Shown here one piece after another: positions 55,386 to 64,000 of a stretch of DNA of 64,000 nucleotides (positions are counted from its first letter, which is position 1; the number at the start of each line of letters is the position of its first letter). The notes below the pieces were generated by a model. The model was not told the DNA's origin and made no database searches. It saw only the letters and a list, made by a program, of their open reading frames with translations. Source of the DNA: Felis catus (Eukaryota); contig NC_058376.1 of NCBI RefSeq assembly GCF_018350175.1, positions 157,480,001 to 157,544,000 of the forward strand, written 5' to 3'. A program made the position numbers and the translations under genes.

Positions 55386-55391
55386 AAAATG

Positions 55392-55611
55392 TTGTTTTTT
55401 TTTAATTTTGTTTTATTCACTTTTGAGAGACAGAGAGAGACAGAGCATGAGCTGGGGAGGGGCAGAGAGCGAAGGAGACACAGAATCCCAAGCAGGCTCC
55501 AGGCTCCCAGCTGTCTGCACAGAGCCCGACGAGGGGCCCGAATCCATGAACCATGAGATCATGACCCGAGCTGAAGTCGGACGCCCGACCGACTGAGCCC
55601 CCCAGGCACCC
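55392..55611 (-). mobile_element. Can-SINE
   Basis: Directly adjacent to the previous copy, same orientation. Confidence 0.95.
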
Positions 55612-55765
55612 TTCTGGCCTTCCTCTTGTTGTCTTGTGCATAGGAAGTTGGAGGAGTGGTTTCTCACATTACTTCCTTCGGGTACAGGAAGGCAGGGAGA
55701 AGCTGGGGGCCACTATGCCTGAATGCTGGGTTCACTTCTCATTCATCAGGGATTTATGGAGCCTC

Positions 55766-55987
55766 GGGGTGCCTGGGTGGCTCAGTCGGGTAAGCGTCTC
55801 TTGGTTTCAGCTCCGGTCACCGTCTCACGGTTCGTGGGATTGAGCCCCGCGTCGGGCTCTGCACTGCACAGGGAGCCTGCTTGGGGTTCTCTCTCTCTCC
55901 CTCTCTCTCTGCCCCTCCTCAACTCGTGCGCGCACCCTCTTACTCTCTCTCTCTCAAAATAAATACATAAACATCAAAAAATAAAAA
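55766..55987 (+). mobile_element. Can-SINE
   Basis: 15-bp TSD gatttatggagcctc / gatttacggagcctc. Confidence 0.95.
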
Positions 55988-56069
55988 GATTTACGGAGCC
56001 TCTACTGTACCAGAAGCTCTCTCCTGGGCTCAGGCAACACCGTTTCGAGTAGACGTAAACGCAGCTCCT

Positions 56070-56515
56070 GTCTGGATCGGTTGCCTCTAGCCCATTGTAA
56101 TAAGTTACTACAGACTTTGGCTTAAAGCAGCACACACTTATCATCCGGTAGTTCCGGAGGCAGACATCCAGATGTCGGTGGGGCTGGTTTCCTCCGAAAG
56201 CTTCCGAGGAGAGCCTGCTTCCAGCCTTCTCCGGCTGCAGAGGCCGTCTACACTCCTCAGTCCGTGTCCCCTCCTCCACCCTCGCAACACCTCCCTCCTG
56301 CCTGCCGCGACTTCTGCCCTCCCGTCTGCTCCTTCTGACCTCTGGCTCCCTTGCTCCCTCCTATGGGGATCCCCGTGATGACACGACGCCTCGTCTTGGC
56401 CGATCGCCCTACCTCAAGAGCCCGAAGTTGATCACCCCCGCAAAGCCCTCTTTGCCAGCAGGTACTGTATTGCAGGTTCTGGGGATTTGGAGGTGGGCGT
56501 CTCTGGGGAAGGGGC
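56070..56515 (-). mobile_element. MLT1C/D-like LTR
   Basis: ggcttaaagcagcacacacttatc..tgcaggttctggggatt. Confidence 0.7.
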
Positions 56516-56895
56516 GGACAGAGGCATCAGGGAGGTGGGAGTGGCCCTCAGGCCGAGGCCTGGAGGCTGAGGAGGACTCATCACGCCAAGTGGAAAGGGA
56601 AGGGCAGTTCGCACAAAGGGAGCGGCCCTTGCGGAGGCCGGGTGGCAGGACAGGGCTGGGTCAGGATGAGGGACTATGTGAAGCTTGCCAGTCAGGAGGC
56701 GGGAGAGGAGGCAAGAGAGGCCCGAGACGAGGCCAAAGGGGAAAGCAGGGGCCAGACCCTTCGGGCCTGAGGGATTTGGTTCCGGGTCGCTTCCTTAACA
56801 TCAGTGGACGGACGCAGCCGGGGGATGACTCACTGACTCGCGTCCTGCCGTGTTGTGTGGGAAAGATGCCGGGAGGGCGTTCTGACCTAGGCCTG

Positions 56896-57352
56896 CGTGA
56901 TGGACGGAATAACGGCTCCTCCGGTGACGTCGGTGCCTTAATTCCTGAACCCTGTGAACACGTTGTGCCCACCGCAAGAGGGAAGTAGGTCGCTAATCAG
57001 CTGACCTTAAAGTGGGGAGAGTCGCCCGGATTATCAGGCGGGCCCGATTTAATCACGAGGGGCTTGAAAGGCGGAAGAGGGACACGGGAGAGTCAAAGTC
57101 ACGGGGACACGGTGGCACAGAGCCCTCGGCCAGACGCTGCTGACTTTGAAGATGGGAGGGGGCCACGGGCCGGGCAATGCCAGGAGACAGACCCTCCACT
57201 TGTGCCTCTGGACAGGGGCATAAGCCTTGTGATCTTGATTCGGAGAGACCCGTTTTGGACTTCTGAACTCCAGAACTAGAAGACAGTGAATTTCTGTTGT
57301 TTTCAGCTACTAAATCGGGGTCATCCGTACAGCGGCAAAGGGAAGCTAATGC
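56896..57352 (+). mobile_element. MLT1D-like LTR, CpG-rich
   Basis: ggacggaataacggc; aatcagctgaccttaaagtgggga; gacccgttttggacttctgaactccagaac; gaatttctgttgttttcagc. Confidence 0.8.
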
Positions 57353-57711
57353 GTCCGGGAGGCTCTGGGACGCCACTGAGAATTTAAGTGGAGGCGTGGG
57401 CAGTGGCCAAGGCAGGGGTGGCCATTGTTCTTTCAGAGACCTTGATCCTGGAAGTTTGGAAGCTGAACATGTGCTTTGAAAAGGGTCCCCTCTGCCAACA
57501 GTGCTGACGGGAACCGGGACCCTGAGGAAGTGAGAGAAAGAGGGTGAACGATGTGTGATGCAGAGAACGAAGGAGAGGACGGTCCTGCCGCCTCCTGGGG
57601 GGTGGGGACGAGAGGCAGGAAGCGAGGGGACAAAGGTACACACGTCTGCCCAGGGCTCCAACGCCGTGAGCTCATGCGGTCTTCAACCCCATTTTATAAA
57701 AAGAAATTGGA

Positions 57712-57922
57712 GGGGGCGCCTGGGGGGCTCCGTCGGTGGAGCGTCCGACTTCGGCTCAGGTCACGATCTCACGGTTGCTGGGTTCGAGCCCCGTGTCGGG
57801 CTCTGGGCTGACGGCTCAGAGCCTGGAGCCTGCTTGGGATTCTGTGTCTCCCTCTCTCTCTGCCCCTCCCCTGCTGGTGTTCTCTGTTTACCAAAAACAA
57901 ATAAGCATTAAAAAAAAATTTA
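57712..57922 (+). mobile_element. Can-SINE
   Basis: Head ggggcgcc; body and A tail. Confidence 0.93.
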
Positions 57923-60538
57923 AAGACGCAAACCGAGCCATGCTGAGAACGTGGCATCAGAATGTTCGTGTTCATGTGGCAGACACGAGCAAGGGGGGCG
58001 GCCCACAGCCCCTGGCGTAACTGTCTCGCATCTGCCTGGCCCAAGGTCACAGCCTACACTTGGCACTCGAGCCAGCCAAGGGTACAAAAGCCTAGCCGTG
58101 GGGGCCAAATGTGGACACTGCCAGCCCATCCTTGCCCTTCGCAGAACAAGAACACGTCTCTGGACAGTGAGGACAGTCCTTGCCGAGAAGGAAGCTGTCG
58201 TTGGGGCTGAGGGGACTCAGCTTTGCATTCTAGGTAGGGCTTTCTCCCTGCTGCTTTTGTTTTTAGCACAGAAAACACAGCGAGGCAGGAGACCCCTCAT
58301 CTTTCACTGCGTGTTTTGGCTTTTGTTTTCTCTCTTCTGAAGGCGACGTGTGGGCGCCTGTGCGCGTGTGTCTTGATAAGAGACAAGAAGCCGAGCTCTT
58401 GGGCCTGGTGACCGTGGATTCCTGGGGAAGCAGCACCGGCCTGCCTGGCTGAGCCACGCTCGGGCCTGCCTTCGGCCTCTGCCCGCGGTCCGTCTTCTCT
58501 TCCGGATCCTCCAGCCCCCCGCCGCGGCCCGCAGGTCACATAATGAATCCAGAGCTGGGCAGGGGGCATCACGTGATCACGTGATTCATGGTTCACGTGG
58601 AGGGAAATGGACATCGTCCCCTCAAAGGGCAGAGAGCCACTCATCCCCGCCCATCAGACCTCCCTCCTGGCACCTGCCTCGGCCCTCTGGCGAGGAAGAG
58701 GACCCGCTAGTCACACCGCAGGTTGTGAGAACAGAAGGGCGCGGGGGGATCGGGCAGCCACGAGCGGAGCCCCAGAAAGCTATAGCAGGGATGTGGATCC
58801 CAGCCCAGATCACTTTTCTCCGTCGATCCCTGAGCGCCTTACCAGAAATCCCACCCCTAAAGCTGCAGGGATTTAGGGTTTCTGCTCCACATGTAAGGAC
58901 CTTGGAAGTTGCCATCTCATCCCAACAAGTGACAAGCTACGGAGACTGAGGTCCACAAATCTTTTGGGACCCATAAAAGGGAGGAGGACTCAGGGCAAAT
59001 CACTGCCCCCGAGACTGGGGAGGCAGGTGAGTATGGTGGCCTTGGCTTCCCTGAGAAGGGACGAGGAAGCATGGTGGGGGCCAGCGCGTGGGAGGGATAA
59101 GCCTCCACTTCCGCTATAACCGGCCGGTTGCTGGAGCTCAGGGGACACAACCCAGATTTAACTCCAGGGGGACCCCACCGAGGGGGGGTCCCCACAGTAT
59201 TGTGGCCATACTTGCCTCCAGTGGCTCCTATTGTGAGACTTACCTCCGTGGCCCCACTGGTTTCCCACCACAAATATCTGGGGGAAAATCAGGCTCCCGG
59301 CACAGGGAGGGATAAGGGACCATTTTTCAATGTGCCGAGCACACTGCTTTTCTCAAGACCTGTTTTCGGGGGAAACTAGTGAACCAGAGCCCAAGTGACT
59401 TGGGGGAAGGTGAATCCCCGACACCGGCCCACTCCAGCCATCTGTTCCACCTAAGCTGGGAGGGGGTGCGAAAACGGAGAAGCTCTTGGGAAGTTCACGG
59501 TCCAGAGGCACTGGCTCACAGGGAGACCGAGCCCGCCCCCAGGAAGACGGGGGCTCCCCCCTCCCCCCACCTCGCCAGCACACCACCAAAGGCCCATTCA
59601 CACTTCCTCTCATCCAGCACCTCGTTTCTGGCTTGAAGCAAAAAGCGCAAGGTGCAGCGAGGGACAGAAGCACGATTTGCGGAGGAGAGCAAGCAGTGAC
59701 ACCAGACGCGACGGGGATATTGGCGGTATCAGGCCAGGAATTTAAACCAGTTGGAACTCCAGAGAATAAAGTAGGCAGCACGCAAGAGTGGGTAGACGAT
59801 GGAAGCGGGGAGGGAAATCCCAACAAGGAACAACAACAACAGCAGCAACAGCAACGCAGAAAGCGAAAAACGAAAAGCCACGGAGATCAAACGCGGACAG
59901 AAGCAGAAGAGCTTCGCTGGGCTTCTGAGTAGACTGGGCACAGCTGAGGAAAGGAGCTTGGGGCTGGAGGACACATCCATAGATTCCTTGAAAACCGAAA
60001 AGCAAGGAGAACACGGACTAGAAGAAGAACAGAGTATGCGAGGGGCTTGGGACTGTGTAACACGTGTGTGACGGGAAGAAAATGAAAACTTCTATGTTTC
60101 TTATTTTTCATTGATCTGACAGATACATTTGCTCCAAACAATACCAACAGGGTGTCTGACGATGTACATGTCTGCTTGTATACAGGTGAAGTGAATGCTG
60201 GGCAGTGGGAGAAGGGGTGAGGAGTGCGCCATGATGTCCCCACGGCACTTGTGCAGTGGTATAGTATTGTTTGAAAGTGGACTGGGATCAGTGGCAAGTG
60301 CATATTGCAAACTCTAGGGCGACAAGTAAAAAAAGGTGAGAAAGCAAGTGTAGCTGGCATGCTAACAAAGAAGGGGAAATGGAATAATAAAAAACCACAA
60401 AAGGCCGAAAAAGAGCAGAAGGCAGAAATAAGAATAAAGGACAAAGGCAACAAATAGAAAACAGTAGCGAGTATGATGGATATGAACCCAACTATATAAA
60501 AAATCACCTGGGACGTCAATGTCTAAATGTCCCAATTA

Positions 60539-60700
60539 GGGGCTCCCGGGTGGCTCAGTCGGGTAAGCGTCTGACTTCGGCTCAGGTTGTGATCTCACGG
60601 TTCCTGGATTCCAGCCCCGCGTCGGGCTCTGTGCTGACTCAGAGCCTGGAGCCTGCTTCGGATTCTGTCCTCCTCACTCTCTGCCCCTCCCTCACTTGTG

Positions 60701-60740
<40 letters not shown>

Positions 60741-60760
60741 AATAAACATTAAAAAACAAT
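60539..60760 (+). mobile_element. Can-SINE
   Basis: Approximate TSD taaatgtcccaat / taagtgccccaat. Confidence 0.95.
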
Positions 60761-60833
60761 TAAGTGCCCCAATAAAAGACAGGGATGGTCAGACCAGACC
60801 CAACTGTATGTCGCCTACAAGAAGCCCACTTTA

Positions 60834-61050
60834 AATTTTTTTTTTTCAACATTTATTTATTTTTGGGACAGAGAGAGAGACAGAGCATGAACGGGGGAGG
60901 GGCAGAGAGAGAGGGAGACACAGAATCGGAAACAGGCTCCAGGCTCTGAGCCATCAGCCCAGAGCCTGATGCGGGGCTTGAACTCACGGACCGTGAGATC
61001 GTGACCTGGCTGAAGTCGGACGCTTAACCGACTGCGCCACCCAGGCGCCC
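60834..61050 (-). mobile_element. Young felid Can-SINE
   Basis: Perfect 16-bp TSD caagaagcccacttta (60818-60833, 61051-61066). Confidence 0.97.
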
Positions 61051-62659
61051 CAAGAAGCCCACTTTAGATATAAAGATACATATCGGTTAAGAGCAAATGG
61101 GTGGAGAAAAATGTGCCATGCTAACCCATATCGAGAGAGCAGGAGTAGTTACACATTAACTCAGAGCAGAATTCCAAGCGAGGAAAGTTACCGGGGATAA
61201 AGAAGGGCCTTACATAATGATAAAGGGGTCAGTTTTCCAAGAAGACACGCTAATCCTTAATGTGCTCCTGCGTAAGAACAGAGCATCCAACTACGCGAGG
61301 CGAAGACTAACTGAACTTCAAGCGAATGTGAACGCTGTAAAAAAAATGCAGTCAGGCAACTCCCTTCTGCAGGCCTTTTTGACGAGATGCCGGAACGTAG
61401 CCGGGAAGGGAGAGAGCCGGCCCGGCTGGCTGTCTCCCAGTTACCCCACTGTCATCACCTCTGCACATATATACAGTGACGTGTCCGTGAGTGGCTACAG
61501 GCTCTGATCTGTAACCTTGGCTGATTCCTGTACCGCAAACATCCCACCCCCTCCCCGCCCCCCAAGGCTGATCCCCAGTTACCAAAGTGCCGTTACCGAA
61601 CACAGAGTCGGCGGGAGGCGGCCAGCCGCTCACCGGCTGACGGTCTTTCCACCGTATACACAGCAATCCACAGAAGTAACCCCCAGAGCACAGAGAAATG
61701 GTAAAATGCGGTGAGATAGTGGGAGGTGGCAGATTTGAGTCTCATCTTTGCTCTTCATATAATTTCAGTGTCAACGTACACACCTTAATTTTGTGGTGGT
61801 CGTGATTACCGACCAGCTCGCAAACCTCCCGATAATTCTCCCGTCTCCCGTCCTGATTCTCACGGGACGCGACGCCAGCACGTGCCACACGTACGGCCAT
61901 TTAGCAGCTCAAAGTCACTTCTCAGCCACCACCCAAGTGCCCCTGGGGTTGAGTCTGGGGGCTCAGGTCCGATAAGAGGTGACGCGGTGCAGCTCCCCCT
62001 CCTGCACCCCCAGCCATCGTTCTCTCGCGCATCAGCTCTGCAGGGGACGTCAGAGGAGCATTGCTTCTTGGGGGGAATGAGCACAGGCTGCGGGGGGCCC
62101 GACGTGGCGGCATTTGTCAGGGTTTCGGGTTTAGGGGAGTTAATCACTCTGAGCCTCAGACGCGTCTTCTCTGAAGTGGGGTAATGTCGGTTACTCCACA
62201 GGGTCACTACGGCTCTCAGAAGAGGGACCACTAACCGTGACCCGATATCCGTTCTCCCCCTTGTACAGAGTAGTAGAATTTTCAGCTGGACACATACCTG
62301 TCTGGATGAAAGACTACCACTTTCCAGCCTCTGCTGCAGCTAAATACCTTCTGGTGAACGGGATAAAAGGCAAGTCGCGTGGAAGCTATCCAGGCCGTTA
62401 GTCCCGAGGGGAAGGAACACGGCTCCTGCTGCCATGTGCCCTCCTCTTGCTGCCTGCGAGGCTGGTGGGGTGGAGGGAAAGGAAGCGGCCGCGCAGACCG
62501 TGACGGGGACAGCCCATGTGGTGGCGGCGTGGTACCCGGGTGGAAGAGGACTTGGCCAGCAGCCCGGAGTCCCCGGGCCAGCCCTGGGCCACCACCAGCC
62601 TCTTGTGAGCGACAGAAAGGGTGTTCAAGCCTCTATTATTTTGAGTACCCTTGAAAAGT

Positions 62660-63205
62660 TTTTTTATTGTGGTAAAATACATATAACGTAACACTTACCG
62701 TTTCAAGCATTCTCAAGTGCGTACGTCAGCGGCACTAAGCACGTTCCATTGTGGTGCAACTATCACCGCTATCGATTTCCAGAACTTTGCATCATCCCAA
62801 ACGGAAACTCCGTACCCGTTAAACACCAGCTCCTTGTTCCCTCCCACCACACAGCCCCTGAGCACCACTGTGTTACTTTCCGTCTCTACGGATTTGACTA
62901 TTCCAGAGGCTTCGTATTTGACTATTCTTCGTGTTGACTATTCCAGAGGCTGACTATTCCAAGCGGAATCGTACAATGGCTGTCCTTTTGTGTCTGGCTC
63001 ATTTCATTTAGCACAGTTTTCAGCCTCATCCATGTGGCAGCATGTATCAGACCTCATTCCTTCTTGAGGGTGAATGGTGTTCCATTGCGGCTCTAGACCA
63101 CACTGTATTCACCCATCCGTCTGTTGATGGACACTTGGGTTGTTCCCACTTCTTCGTTATTGTGAATAATGCTGCTCTGAACACGGGTGCACAGGTTATT
63201 TTGGG
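62660..63205 (-). mobile_element. L1MB-like 3' end
   Basis: tttttattgtggtaaaatacatataac start; ctgttgatggacacttgggttgttcc; ORF 63047..63238 resembles the ORF2 C-terminus (AALFTITKKWEQPKCPST). Confidence 0.85.
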
Positions 63206-63324
63206 TCTTTGGTTAAAGCAGTGGAACCCAAATACCAACTAACGCCAGTCTTAACAGTGCGCACAAAATGTCGTCACAGTGACTGGATGTGTGTCCTCTC
63301 CCCGTTCATTGTCTTTCAGGAGAG

Positions 63325-63530
63325 CAGGTCGGACGGTGCCAGAGCTGGCTCCTATCAGCTCGTGGGAGCTCATGGGGAAATACTCAGTAACTCTGTGAGC
63401 TGGCTGGGAGAATCTGGTGAAGATCAGCCGCAGCGGGGGTATTTACGCCACGGTGATTGGCAAACAGTTCGAATCAGGGCTTTGGGGTTTCTGAGAAAGT
63501 GGGTTGTCCAACATTTATCGGTACCCAACC
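63325..63530. mobile_element. MER63A-like hAT-Blackjack MITE
   Basis: gggtatttacgccacggtgattggcaaac..aatcagggcttt..gttgtccaacatttatc. Confidence 0.7.
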
Positions 63531-64000
63531 GGGAAACCCTCACTTGCTGAAGGTCTAATCCTGACTGCCCACAAGACTTGGTTGTAACTCCTTCCTAGGT
63601 AGGGAAGTTTGTGAAAACATTAACTCTGTTGCTTGTGGAAGTGGATTGTTGTGTGTGAAGTTTATGGAGTGGACGTCTATTTGCGCGCGCGTGTGTGTCT
63701 GTATGTTTTCTTTCTAAAAACTGCTTAAGCTGATGACACAGAAGACACCAGCTAGGCATGCCAGAGGTTGGGGGTTCGGCAAGTGCGTGGCTCTCCATGC
63801 TCCCGTCCCTGCCACGACACGCCCCGAGGCTCTGCGTGGGCAGGGCTGCTCATAGGATGGGGGGCCTCCACCAGCCGGGGTTCCCGAGTCCCGGCTGACC
63901 TGTGGCGGGCAGGGGGCGCAAGCAACAACACATCTGGCTAGTGTTAAGCCACTGAGATGTGGGATCGGGCGTTGTTTGTTCTGCATCATAATCTAGCTTT

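Larger units (their letters stand above)
58876..61330 (+). mobile_element. Ancient L1M 5' half: 5' UTR, deleted ORF1, start of ORF2 endonuclease; two SINE insertions
   Basis: ORF 59799..60071 has the ORF1 coiled-coil (FAGLLSRLGTAEER..LED..KTEKQ); ORF 61217..61507 has EN motifs (MIKGSVFQED..ILNV..NRAS); tgtcgcctacaagaagcccacttt = C-LQE-H motif. Confidence 0.8.

Noticed and set aside
56428-60519. Long ORFs of 157-210 aa (56428+, 57053-, 59353-, 59887-)
   Set aside because: They lie within MLT1 or L1 remnants in GC-rich or purine-skewed DNA, with no splice-consistent gene model
62894-62963. CRISPR-like repeat-spacer appearance
   Set aside because: Eukaryotic DNA, irregular 9-15 bp units inside an L1, no cas genes

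Overview
Mammalian (felid-like) genomic DNA containing one complete protein-coding gene, ABHD5 (CGI-58, ATGL co-activator), on the + strand. Its seven coding exons (10175-10221, 22189-22274, 24671-25043, 33418-33572, 35959-36070, 38520-38706, 39240-39329) splice with GT-AG boundaries into a 1050-nt, 349-aa ORF. It has a TATA-less CpG-island promoter and several candidate poly(A) signals. The rest is intronic or intergenic sequence with 25 tRNA-derived Can-SINEs (three of a young felid subtype with perfect TSDs) plus ancient L1, L2, MIR, LTR and DNA-transposon remnants. Repeat family names come from recalled consensus sequences and need RepeatMasker confirmation. I cannot support a previously undescribed gene system here. 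The best leads are: a sharp CpG/GC transition inside the gene that affects both exons and ancient repeats; a palindromic triple E-box and a perfect CLEAR motif downstream; a (GC)10 Z-DNA tract; three closely spaced inverted SINE pairs; and plausible alternative ABHD5 isoforms (SINE poison exon, exon 6 skipping, last-intron read-through).
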